This document shows, piece after piece, positions 22,401-34,600 of a DNA stretch of 64,000 nucleotides. The position numbers and the translations under genes were made by a program. Source of the stretch: Macrostomum lignano (Eukaryota); assembly GCA_002269645.1 (NCBI GenBank), contig NIVC01000056.1, positions 1 through 64,000 of the forward strand, written 5' to 3'. The notes under the pieces were generated by a model that did no database searches, was not told where the DNA came from, and saw nothing but the letters and a program-made list of their open reading frames with translations. The first letter of the stretch is position 1, and each line of letters opens with the position of its first letter.

Positions 22401-24878
22401 AAGGATTTGCCCAATAATAAGTACAATTTAGGCAACTCGCCCCGTGTGGCCGTCAGGTACGACTAGCATTCGTGTAGGGTGGATTGCTAGTCTAATCTAG
22501 CACAGCTGTCAGTATTGAGTAGGGTGGATTGCTAGTCTAATCTAGCACAGCTGTCAGTATTGAGTAGGGTGGATTGCTAGTCTAATCTAGCACAGCTGTC
22601 AGTATTGAGCAGGATGGATTGCTAGTCACAGCTGTCAGTATTGAGCAGGATGGATTGCTAGTCACAGGTGTCAGTATTGAGCAGGATGGATTGCTAGTCA
22701 CAGCTGTCAGTATTGAGCAGGATGGATTGCTAGTCTAGCACAGGTGTCAGTATTGAGCAGGATGGATTGCTAGTCACAGCTGTCAGTATTGAGCAGGATG
22801 GATTGCTAGTCTAGCACAGGTGTCAGTATTGAGCAGGATGGATTGCTAGTCACAGCTGTCAGTATTGAGCAGGATGGATTGCTAGTCTAGCACAGGTGTC
22901 AGTATTGAGCAGGATGGATTGCTAGTCACAGCTGTCAGTATTGAGCAGGATGGATTGCTAGTCACAGCTGTCAGTATTGAGCAGGATGGATTGCTAGTCT
23001 AGCACAGCTGTCAGTATTGAGCAGGATGGATTGCTAGTCTAGCACAGCTGTCAGTATTTGAGGTGACCATATTTGTAATCTCAGGTTTGAAGAGCAAGAA
23101 ATCAAACAAAAACGTGGTCCTTAGCACATCAATTCATTTTAACTCCTGTTTTCTAAGCGCAGTTTTTTTAATTTCCAAAAGTTTTTTTTACACTTCGTCG
23201 CTTTTTTGCTGCGCATTTTTGGAGCAACAGTTTTTCTATAGCGTACAGTTGCGCATTTCGAATGCCAGTTTTTCTGCAGTTCGTTTGTGTTTCCCAAGTG
23301 GAGAGCCCCGAGAAAAAAGTGTTTAGTTGATTTTTTAAGCTTTAAATCGCATTTTAACGTACTCATTATTAAATATCTTAGCCGATTACCTATTAATACC
23401 AACAAGAGAGTGACAAGATAGCCAAAAAAGAGTGATGACTAGATGACTAAAAGAGAGTGACTAGATGGCCAGAAGAGAGTGACTAGATGGCCAGAAGGGA
23501 GTGACTAGATGGCCAGAAGGGAGTGACTAGATGGCCAGAAGGGAGTGACTAGATGGCCAGAAAGGAGTGACTAGATGACCAAAAGAGAGTGACTAGATGG
23601 CCAGAAGAGAGTGACTAGATGACCAGAAGAGAGTGACTAGATGGCCAGAAGGGAGTGACTAGATGGCCAGAAAGGAGTGACTAGATGACCAAAAGAGAGT
23701 GACTAGATGGCCAGAAGAGAGTGACTAGATGACCAGAAGAGAGTGACTAGATGACCAGAAGAGAGTGACTAGATGACCAGAAGAGAGTGACTAGATGGCC
23801 AGAAGAGAGTGACTAGATGGCCAGAAGAGAGTGACTAGATGGCCAGAAGAGAGTGACTAGATGGCCAGAAGGGAGTGACAAGATAGCCAGAAGGGAGTGA
23901 CTAGATGGCCAGAAGGGAGTGATAAGATAGCCAGAAGGGAGTGACAAATGGGTAGAAGAGTGACTAGATGGCCAGAAGAGAGTGACAAGATGGCCAAAAA
24001 AGAGTGGCGCGGTCAGCACGAGCCTTGAAGATATTGCAGCAGTCTCTTTCAACATCTAAGTAGCATTTTCACTGCAGTGCACTCCGTCACTAACCGGTCG
24101 CTAACAATTGCGCAGGTACAGCCAGGAGCCCAGCCTGGCGTACCCCCGGTCTGGTGGCGGCGCCACGGACGGCCCGCTGTCCTCCATGGCAGCCGTAGCC
24201 GCCGCCAACGCCGCAGCTGCCGCAGCCGCTGCAGCGGTCGCCGCGGCCAATTTTTCTTCGCCGTCGTCGTCCTCGCCGTCGTCGTCCTCGCCGTCGGCCA
24301 GCTGCTACCGGATGCGCCGGGATCCGCGCGACCTCGACGCCGACGAGGAGCAGTGGTTCGAGCAGGATGAGGCTGACCAGCAGCCGCAGCTGCCGCCGCT
24401 CGTCCCGACCTCAATGTCGGCTGCCGCCGCCATGATGGCCGCCGCTGGCGCCTCCAGGACTGGCGTGGACGCGGACGAGCGACAGCGGCAGCATCAGGAG
24501 GACGACGACGAAGACGAGGAGGACGACGAAGACACCGGCGTCGTTGCCCCGGTGGCGCCGAAGGCGATGATGGCAACCTCGGCAGCTGCTGGGTCGGCGC
24601 CGCCGAGGCCCCTGGTTGACTATCCCGACGATCACGACGACTCCGACCAGGAGGAGGACGACGACAACGCCGTAGAGGCAACGGCGGCACCGACAGCGAC
24701 AATTACGACGTCTTCGCCGGGCGACGCTTTGGAAGACGCCGAGGCACCCGCAGCGAAGCGGCTGCGCACCGAGGAGCCGCCGGCACCAACGGCGCCGCCG
24801 CCCGCCGCCCTGCCGTCGATGATGGAGACCTACGCCGGCCGGCTGACGGCCAACGGCAGCAGCGGCGGCGGCAGTTAG
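16415..24878 (+). CDS. PPP4R3: Serine/threonine-protein phosphatase 4 regulatory subunit 3 (SMEK/falafel/Psy2), 935 aa, 4 exons
   Basis: N-terminal EVH1-like [23 protein letters not shown]...[17 protein letters not shown]-1 domain QKIHQTFR-like motif, C-terminal [15 protein letters not shown] and AKRLR. Exons 16415-17008, 17922-18749, 21484-22106, 24116-24878; GT-AG, phases 0, 0, 2 match; total 2808 nt. Confidence 0.95.
17233..17780. repeat. 29-bp minisatellite (TTCTGAAGGTTAAATATCGTCTTAGGGAC)n in SMEK intron 1
   Basis: Tandem unit read directly. Confidence 0.95.
18775..20530. repeat. 23-bp minisatellite (CAGAATCTCCCATAAACAGCCAC)n in SMEK intron 2
   Basis: About 75 copies, starting ~25 nt after the donor. 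Confidence 0.95.
20811..21462 (+). repeat. 40-45-bp minisatellite (TAGACTAGCAATCCATCCTACTCAATACTGACAGCTGTGC)n in SMEK intron 2
   Basis: Tandem unit; ends ~20 nt before the exon-3 acceptor. Confidence 0.95.
22474..23058 (-). repeat. Inverted copy of the 40-45-bp minisatellite, in SMEK intron 3
   Basis: GGATGGATTGCTAGTCTAGCACAGCTGTCAGTATTGAG is the reverse complement of the 20811-21462 unit. Confidence 0.95.
23405..24000. repeat. 22-bp minisatellite (GAGTGACTAGATGGCCAGAAGA)n in SMEK intron 3
   Basis: Tandem unit read directly. Confidence 0.93.
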
Positions 24879-25424
24879 GAAGGGCAGCAGGAGGAGGAGG
24901 GGGGTTTGAACTGACAGCGGCCTGGCGGAGGCGCCCGTCTGTCCGAATGGCAGCATCGGATGAGCGAATTTCTCCTGTCATAATAGTAATCATAATCATA
25001 CTGATCCAGTAGTTTTCGGTTATAGTTGAGTAGTTATTAAATATAAACATTCTATATCCAGCCCTGACTCTCCATTCAAAATTTGCATTGTTTTAATTGC
25101 TGTCTGTCAGTCTGTTTTATAATGTACGGATTTTCCAAGAGCTGGAGAGTGAGAGTCTGACTGTTACCCTGTGTGCTAGCATATTACTCATAGTAGCTAA
25201 TCAACACTAATTTACCTGTGACCATCGTGTCTTCATCTCTCTGTTCAGACTCCTGTAAAGATTGCAGATCTATCAGAAGCTGCTTGGTTTGCCTTGGAGA
25301 TTCGCCACAACTCCGCTGCTCTCTCTGTTGCGCTCGCTAAAATCTCCATCGAGATTCTGGCTGCCTCATCGTCTGCCTCTCATCTCCGCACCTTGCTTCG
25401 CTTTACTGTGTGCACTTCTCACTT

Positions 25425-25751
25425 CCTCTCCTCTGTTATCTCCTCTCTCCCTCCCTTATCTCCCTCTCCCCCTCTCCCTCTCTTATCTCCCTCTCTCCCT
25501 CCCCTATCTCCCTCTCTCCCCTCTTATCTTCCTCTCTCCCTCTCCCTCTCCCTCTCTCCCTCTTTTATCTCCCTCTCATCTCCCTCTCTCCCTTCTTATC
25601 TTCCTCTCTCTCCTCTTATCTCCCTCTCATCTCCCTCTCTTATCTCCCTCTGGCCCTCTCTTATCTCTCTCCCCTCTCTTATCTCCCTCTCATCTCCCTT
25701 TCTCCTTCTCTAATCTCCCTCTCTCCCTCCTATCTCCCTCTCTCCGTCTCA

Positions 25752-25833
<82 letters not shown>

Positions 25834-25850
25834 CTCCCTCTCCATCTGCC
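25425..25850. repeat. CT-rich low-complexity tract ending in pure (CT)n (~25753-25829)
   Basis: Seen directly. Confidence 0.9.
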
Positions 25851-27985
25851 CTAGCATTCTCCATCCTGTTTTACGCAAGCCCAAACTACTTTGTGTGCCG
25901 TGTCAAAGGCGGCGCACCTGTCTGTATTATGAACTGATTGCATAATCTGCTAATCCCGCATGCTTTGCTTACTCGCACTGCTGCCACTTTAGTTGAGATC
26001 AACTCCGGCCCTTCTGGAGCGCGAATTCAATTGGTGTGTGTGTTGATCTTCATCTTATTTTAGCTCATATTCATGCTCTTATCTGGTGTACAGATCCATG
26101 CGTCATCACAGTCGCAGCATCCTTGTCGAATGGCTTAAACTCGAATGCCGCAAGTTGTTGCAGACTCTGTTGTCCGATTCTTTTGCAATTACTTGCAAGA
26201 ACCGACAGACAAAATCGGTTCTGTACTTTTGTGTTGATCCACTGCTGCCCGCATCATCCCCACGGTGTTTTAATAAAGAAGCACTGAGGGCATGTACTGT
26301 TAATATTTAGTAATTTCTATTATTAATTTTATTTTGGAAATTAAAACCCGCTCTCTGTTTGCCCTACTGTAAGTAGTATTAAGAAGTGAAGCGCTACTGT
26401 AATTTATTATCTCTGTCTATATAAGTGTTTTCTACTCAAAAACATAATCTTAATTATTATCAATAATTCTGCAAAAAATCATTTGCTATGCAGCAATCAA
26501 CAGTTTTTATTCTGAGGCCCAACGCAGACACATTATGCTAATACTACCGTATGTCCTTGTAAACTTGTGGTCTGCATATTTATAAAAAAAACCGAGTTTT
26601 CTTACTGTTTATTTCAAGCAAAGCCCTTGCTCCATGTGTCGCTCTCTATCTATAAAAGCAAAAGAAAAATTGCTGCAAAAGTTTCAAATGGAATTGTTAT
26701 TATAATTCTGGTCTCTGAGCAGTGCCGAGCTGTACAATGCAAACTGCTGCCGAGTATGGCGTCTCAGTTTTCATTTTATTTCTACATTCGCTTAGACGGA
26801 CCGCCTACTACTGAGTAGCGAGAAACGAATTTGAAACGAATTTCAGCTGTAGAGCGGGCGATTTCTGATGATGCGAATGACCTGATGCTTGAGGCGGTGG
26901 GAGAAGTGTTGCTTCCAGGTGGAGTCTGTGAAGACCGCCTTGAATGGTGATGATGAAAGAAGCAGAATTCGCTTCTACAAGAACGTTACCGTGACAATAA
27001 TCGCTAAAGTTGCTCTCACCAGTGACTCTAGCGACTCTGGTGACTTTTTAACGACTCAAACGACAGCAATGCGACGGAGAGGCGACTGTTGAGTCACGAT
27101 CACTGGAGGAATTGCAGAATCATGAAAAAGTCCAACAGTCCAGTTATAAATGCGAAATGCGATTCTGATTCATAAAATTCTGATCCATTTTAGAGTCAAT
27201 TCTTTCGTATTTTACCTGTTCTACCTGTAAGTGACTCTAAGACGCTTCTTGGCCTTGGGTACCGTTTTCATCGGGCGCAATCCTCAGATTCTGGAATTGC
27301 AGTACGCAATCTGGATTCCCTCATCGCCCCCACAGACAGAATTGTAAGGCCAGCAATATTTGTTCATAATATCCGTATTCCGGATAGAGAAATTAATGTT
27401 TTGCATCGCACCTGAAGATCCGCGCCTGCCAGGTGTTTTATGGCCCAGGCTCTACTATCTCTGCCCTCCAATGCCCAGGGTTTAAGACAGACAGTGTCGT
27501 AAAATTAAATGATAACTGAAATCCGCGTTGGCCGCCCTCTGCTTGGCTTAGTCAGGCTCGCGGTCACGGCGCTGTGGCTTGAGAGATTCAAGACGCTGCT
27601 TGGCTCGGCCGCTGATTCGGCCAATTTAGCGGGGCCGCTGACAGTTCCCGACGAGCGTTGAGGATCTGAGGGGCGGAATCCCCCCCCACCCCCCACCCGA
27701 TTGCTGCAGCTTTCTGCTTGGGTGGGCCGGCCGCGGCACTTGGTGGGTTAAAAAGCCAGTGGAAAACTGCTGTGCGCCTTCACTCGATTTTACACAGCGG
27801 AACTGCGCGTACCGAGCTGAAGAAGCCAAGAATTCGGCCTATGCCAGCGCCGCCTCCCCCTGGAGAAAAATATAAATTATGCCCGGGTTTTTAAGGGTGG
27901 CGGCGTCTGGGAATAAAGTTTCTGCACTTTGAACATGCTTTGCTCAGCTTGTGAAGTCGTGAATGTTATCTGCTTTGTCTGTTAT

Positions 27986-28393
27986 GGTGCTGGCGCCATT
28001 GGTGCTGGCGCCGTTGGTGCTGGCGCCGTTGGTGCTGGCGCCGTTGGTGCTGGCGCCGTTGGTGCTGGCGCCGTTGGTGCTGGCGCCGTTGGTGCTGGCG
28101 CCGTTGGTGCTGGCGCCGTTGGTGCTGGCGCCGTTGGTGCTGGCGCCGTTGGTGCTGGCGCCGTTGGTGCTGGCGCCGTTGGTGCTGGCGCCGTTGGTGC
28201 TGGCGCCGTTGGTGCTGGCGCCGTTGGTGCTGGCGCCGTTGGTGCTGGCGCCGTTGGTGCTGGCGCCGTTGGTGCTGGCGCCCCTGGTGCTGGCGCCCCT
28301 GGTGCTGGCGCCCCTGGTGCTGGCGCCCCTGGTGCTGGCGCCCCTGGTGCTGGCGCCCCTGGTGCTGGCGCCGTTGGTGCTGGCGCCGTTGGT
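27986..28393. repeat. 15-bp minisatellite (GGTGCTGGCGCCGTT)n with a block of CCCCT variants
   Basis: About 27 copies; stop-free in several frames on both strands. Confidence 0.95.
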
Positions 28394-28722
28394 ATGCGGT
28401 CATAGTGACAGCAGCGAGTATGCATACATTTCGCTCATCGATCAGTGGTCAGTGTGTCACAATAACAACAAAAGATTGTACAAAAAATAACCACATTTTT
28501 GTCAGTAAGAGGCCAACAGCATATTAAAGCATATTACAGTGCCCACTAAATTGCAGTCCTCATCTGAGCAATCAGGCAATCCTTGTGTTTGGCTGCACAG
28601 CTCCATCCTTCCCCTCCTTGCCCGGGGCCAGAGGCCGGAGAATGAAGATGATTTCTCTGATGTATGACATTTTTCAGTCCCTCAGAAAGGTCAACTAAAC
28701 AGTTCACGCTTTGAATCTGATC

Positions 28723-29072
28723 CCGATAGTCTCACTCTATCCACCCTGATAGTCTCACTCTATCCACCCTGATAGTCTCACTCTATCCACCCTGATAGTC
28801 TCACTCTATCCAACCTGATAATCTCACTCATCTACTCTGATAATCTCATTCTATCTAATCTGATAATCTCACTCTATTTACTCGGATAATCTCATTCTAT
28901 CTACTTTGTTAATCTGATTCTATCTAGGCACCCTGATAATCTCACTCTATCCAACCTGATAATCTCTCTCTATTCAACCTGATAATTTCACTCTATCCAA
29001 CCTGATTATCTCACTCTATCCACCCTGATAATCTCACTCAATCCATCCCGATAATCTCACTCTACCCACCCT
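28723..29072. repeat. 23-bp degenerate minisatellite (CCTGATAGTCTCACTCTATCCAC)n
   Basis: Tandem unit read directly. Confidence 0.88.
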
Positions 29073-29603
29073 AACCAAGCGAGCCAAAGTGCGCAGCGGA
29101 TATTCAAGAGAGATTATCGCAAGCACTGCATGCCAGACATTACTGACCTAAGAATTAGTTCATACAACCCGATATATGCCGTAATGCAGATTCACTAATT
29201 ACCAAGCAAAATTTCCCCAATCAGATTCAGGTCCAGACTGTCCAACATGGGATTTGAATAATTTTGTCTAAACTAAGTTTAGCATCCCCGTTTCCTTTTT
29301 GGCTAGTGGGGGCCGCCAGCTCTATTTGAAGCGGATCAGATCACGGAAGCGGCCCGACCTGATTCGTACGCTCTGCCGCTGACTTCTGCGCCAACCACCA
29401 GCGTTTCGACTTTCCTTGATGTTGGAGGGGGTTTTCAGCAGCTGCAGACGAACAAGGCTCGGTGATGGATTGCGTAATCAGGGCCTGCAATATCTGTGGC
29501 TAGACTTACACTGCTGCTTGCTGCGCCGTGTGGCAACCGCGGAACAAAAAGCTCTGCATTCTGAGGTTGATGCAGCTTGCCAGATGCTTTACAAGCTGAC
29601 TGG

Positions 29604-30440
29604 GTCAGTGGGGTCTTGGGATTGTCAGTGGGATATTGGGATTGTCAGTGAGATATTGGGATTGTCAGTGAGATATTGGGATTGTCAGTGGGATCTTGGG
29701 ATTGTCAGTGGGATCTTGGGATTGTCAGTGGAATCTTGGGATTGTCAGTGAGATCTTGGGATTGTCAGTGGGATATTGGGATTGTCAGTGAGATATTGGG
29801 ATTGTCAGTGAGATATTGGGATTGTCAGTGGGATCTTGGGATTGTCAGTGAGATATTGGGATTGTCAGTGAGATATTGGGATTGTCAGTGGGATCTTGGG
29901 ATTGTCAGTGGGATATTGGGATTTTCAGTGGAATCTTGGGATTGTCAGTGAGATCTTGGGATTGTCAGTGGGATCTCGGAATTGTCAGTGGAATTGTCTA
30001 TGGGATCTTGGATTGTCAGTGGGATCTTGGGATTGTCAGTGAGATATTGGGATTGTCAGTGGGATATTGGGATTGTCAGTGGGATATTGGGATTGTCAGT
30101 GAGATATTGGGATTGTCAGTGAGATATTGGGATTGTCAGTGGGATATTGGGATTGTCAGTGAGATATTGGGATTGTCAGTGAGATATTGGGATTGTCAGT
30201 GGGGTCTTGGGATTGTCAGTGGGATCTTGGATTGTCAGTGAGATATTGGGATTGTCAGTGGGATCTTGGGATTTTCAGTGGGATCTTGGGATTGTCAGTG
30301 GAATCTTGGGATTGTCAGTGGGATCTTGGGATTGTCAGTGGGATCTCGGAATTGTCAGTGGAATTGTCTATGGGATCTTGGATTGTCAGTGGGATCTTGG
30401 GATTGTCAGTGGGATCATGGGATTGTCAGTAGGATCTTGG
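29604..30440. repeat. 20-bp minisatellite (GGGATTGTCAGTGGGATCTT)n
   Basis: About 41 copies. Confidence 0.95.
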
Positions 30441-30485
30441 GGAAACTTTTTGAAATCATAGTTTCTGTTTTTGTCCCAACCTTGG

Positions 30486-30900
30486 CAGTGGCATCCCTGA
30501 CACACAACAGTGGCACTCCTGACACACAACAGTGGCACTCCTGACACACAACAGTGGCACTCCTGACACACAACAGTGGCACTCCTGACACACAACAGTG
30601 GCACTCCTGACACACAACAGTGGCACTCCTGACACACAACAGTGGCACTCCTGACACACAACAGTGGCACTCCTGACACACAACAGTGGCACTCCTGACA
30701 CACAACAGTGGCACTCCTGACACACAACAGTGGCACTCCTGACACACAACAGTGGCACTCCTGACACACAACAGTGGCACTCCTGACACACAACAGTGGC
30801 ACTCCTGACACACAACAGTGGCACTCCTGACACACAACAGTGGCACTCCTGACACACAACAATGGCACTCCTGACACACAACAGTGGCACTCCTGACACA
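30486..30900. repeat. 22-bp minisatellite (CAGTGGCACTCCTGACACACAA)n
   Basis: About 19 near-identical copies. Confidence 0.95.
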
Positions 30901-31614
30901 CCCCTGACACTCTCACAGGGTGCACAGCGCGGCCTCAACTTTCTCACTCGGTGCCTTGGGGTTGGCAAGCTTCATCGTGGGTGTGAATCGAGGCACAAGC
31001 AGCCAAACTGCAAATTAGTTTTGGAACAAATTGCAGAATTTTCTGACGTGCAAAGAGGCCTTCCTTCTCTTGCAACTGCCCCGTCGCATCTTGAAGTAAA
31101 CTAAACAATAGTTATGAATAGCGCAGAGGCCCGGGCGCATTGGAGCGAGGCTGACTCTCGCACAACCTACTATTGAGAACTGGTCAAATATAAACTGAGT
31201 CTGTATTACGTAATCAGCCTAGGGACTCAATTGTTATTGGCATAATATCTATAAGTGTCCAAGTGGACACAGAATGCTGGCTCCGCGCTGGGCTCAATGC
31301 TTTCTTCACAAGCTAATTTGTCTGCTTTTCGTGAGCACGGTGTGCTAATTGGACAGTTGATCTGGCGCGTAATTGCGAACGCTGCAAAAACCGCCCCGGT
31401 TTCCAGTCCAGATGTCTAATATTAGGCGTCCCTGGCTGCGCACGTAGAGAATCGCAGAGAGCGGCTCTGGTTGGCTGGCCAGCTCTCAGACGGGGGGCAG
31501 ATGGGGGTCAGTGGGTCACAGGGCCAGCCGTATTAAGACCAAGCAGTTGCTGCACAGCAACCAGAGACTGCGGCGGCATCTGGGCAGTGAAAGAAGGCCT
31601 CAACTAGAAGCAAA

Positions 31615-34600
31615 ATGCCGCACAGAACTTGTCTGCAACTTGTCTGCTTTCCGGCACTGCTGCTTTCAGCCCTCTTTGCCCATCACAATTGTCTCGGCCA
31701 GCCAGTCAGCGTCTCGGCCAGGGTGCTGCATCCCACCGGCCGGCTTCGGGTGGGCGACACTGTCCGGATTGAGTGCACCGTGTCCGGACACCGGCCGAGC
31801 CTGGCCGTCCGACTCCGCTGTCCGATCGCCAGCCTGGTGGACAACTGCTTGGAGAACTGCAACCGCGTGTGCGCCGATCCCGCCGTCTGCGCCGAGGAGC
31901 CGCGCCTCCGACAGGTCGCTTGCGCAGTGGTGGACCGCCGGAACGGCACCGTCACCTACGCCTACAACATCAACAACGTGGACACTGACTTCAGCGGCGA
32001 CTGGCAGTGCCGGCACCTCGGCGCCTCCAGCCGGCCGCAGGCGCTGCGGGTGTTCCAGCGACCGCGAATCCTCGGCGTCGCTTTCAACACCTCCGGCGGC
32101 GCGGTGCCCGAGTCCCGGCCGGTTGAGGCCGTCTGCGTCGCCGACGCCGACCCGCTGGCCGGCCGGCTCCAATTCGACTGGCTGCGCGTCGACGCGGCCA
32201 CCGGGCAGAAGGTCGATCTGCCAAGCGGCCGGCAGTTCGTCGTCGACTCCGTCAACGCCACGGCTTCACGGCTGCTGCTGCGGCACGCCGGCCGGTCGGA
32301 CAAGGGCGAATTCGTCTGCCGGGCGCGCAACCCGGCCGGCGGCGAGGACCAGCGGCTCGCCCGGCTGGCCGTCGCCCACCCGCCGTCCGCCGTCCGTCTG
32401 GTGGTCGGGGCGGCGGACCCGCAGCAGGCGGGTGCCCGATTGCCGCTGGACTGCCTGGTGGAGGGCGGCTACCCCGCCAACCAGGTCGCCAGGTACTACC
32501 GTCGACGGCCAGGGACTCCGGAAGCGGCCGAAGGCGAGGCGGACGGAGAGGAGGTTCAGCCGCCGGTGACGCTGCAGGCGGCCGACAATGGTGCCGAGTT
32601 TTTCTGCTGCGCCGGCAGCGTCTGCAGCCGTCGCCAGTCAATCGGCGTCAACTTCCCGCCGGATGGCGGCAGCGGCATCGGCGGTGTCGGCCTGTCACTG
32701 GAGAGCGTCGGGCCGGCCGAGGAGGCGGTCGAGGAGGGCTCCGACTGGCTGTTCGACTGCGAGGCCGCCGCGCCCAGCAACCCGGTGAGCCGCCTGAGCT
32801 GGTCTCTGGTGGAACCATCGGGCCGGGTGCGCCACCTGCCCGACGCTGAGGCCGCCGCCACGGTGACCGGCGACCAGGTGCCGGACGGCCCGTCGGGACT
32901 CCGAGCTCGCAGCCGGCTGGTCCTGCGCGCCAACCGTTGGCTGAGCGGCGCCGACCTGCGCTGCAGCCTCACCTTCTCCGGTCAAGTCCTCGCCGAGCGC
33001 CGGCGCCGACTTCGAGTCGCTTTCCCTCCGTCAGGAGTGACGATGGAGGTCGCCGACGGACCTGCCTCGTCGGATGTCAGCGTTGCGCCGGGAGGCCGCC
33101 TGCGGCTCGTCTGCCGCGTCGCCGAATCCGAGCCGCCAGCCCGCGTCAGCTGGTGGCGCCGGCGCCCCCGGCGACCGCCGACTGGCGACTGGCCAGCCGC
33201 GGCTTCGTCGTCGACGACCAACCTGACGGCGCTGGCGACCAGCCGGCTGGCGCAGTCGGCGGACGGCGAGTTCCCCGGAAGCCGGCTGATCAGCGAGCTG
33301 ACGGTGCCGGACACCGGCCTGGATGCCCACGGCGACGTCTATGAGTGCTCGGCCGCGCACCTGGCACTGCGGCCCGGCGCCACCGTGGCTGCTCAGCTGA
33401 CGGTGCGCATTCAGCACCCGCCGAGCGTCTCCGTCAGTGTCCAGCCGGCCGCAGCGGTCGAGGGCGGCTCAGTGGCGATCGTCTGCGACGCCGAGGGAGG
33501 CTGGCCGCTCGCTGATTCGACGGCAACCGTTGAGTGGCGACACCAGCCAGCGGCGCCGTCGGGGGCGTCAGAGCGTCGGCTGGACAGCGGGGCGCGGGTG
33601 CTGCGCATCGCCAAGACCGACTGGCGGGACGCAGGGCTGTACACCTGCGCCGTCCGGACGCGCGACGACCTGCCGCAGGGCGTTGGCACCGCCACATTGT
33701 CGCTGCTGCACCCACCGAGACCCCTGAGGCTATTCGATGACATTGACGATGGCGATGCTGAGGTCGGCCTGACCTCCTCCGACGTCGGCGAGCCGGCCAG
33801 GCTGCTGGTTCGGGCCGAGGCGAATCCGCCGGCCAAGGCGCTCGAATGGCGGCGCCTCAGCGACAACGGCGAGTCGCCGCAGCAGCCGATGCCGCGAGGT
33901 CGCAGCTTCGCCAGACCGAGCCATGGCGAGTTCGGCCTCGCCATCGACTCGGTGCGACGAAGCGACTTCGGCCTCTACGACTGCCTGCTGGCCAACTCGC
34001 TCGGCCGGCGCCGCTTCCGCGTTCTCCTGGCGCCGCCCGGACCGCCTCGGCCGCCGCGCCGTCTCCGACTGGCTGCCCCGGCTACCGCCGTCTCGGCCAG
34101 GGTGGCCTGGCAGTCCGGCCACAGCGGCGGTCAGCCGCAGACTTTTCAGCTGCAGTGGCGCCGCGCCAACCACCCCGACTGGCCGGCGGCCGGCCTGCAG
34201 CTGTCCGGCCTGGCCGACCGGGGTGAGGGCCGGACGGTCGAGGCGGACCTGTCCGGACTCGAACCCGCGACCTCGTACGCTGTCCGGGTTCGGGCGGTAG
34301 CCGTCAGGCGGTTCGGTCCGAGCCCTTGGACATCGCCGGAGCTGAGCTTCGCCACAAAGCCGCTGCCGGCCATCGCTGCGGCCTCCCTGCGGCTGTCCGG
34401 CTGCTGTCGTCTCGAGTTCGAGCCCCCGGTGCCGGCCGAGTCCTTCACGCGGGTGACGGCGCGGCTGTGCCCAGCTGGAGTTGTCAGCGGCGGCGGCTGC
34501 CGACACCTGCCGCTGCCTGCCGAGGCCGTGCGGCGCGGCTCCGCGGAGTTGGACAAGGCGGGCGGCGCGGCCGACTACCGAGTGTCCCTGGTGGTCTGGG

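Noticed and set aside
27929-28490. Elastin/silk-like GAGAV, LVLAP, HQRRQ and PTAPA ORFs
   Set aside because: A 15-bp minisatellite open in several frames, with no signal peptide, no synonymous variation and no convincing splice context.
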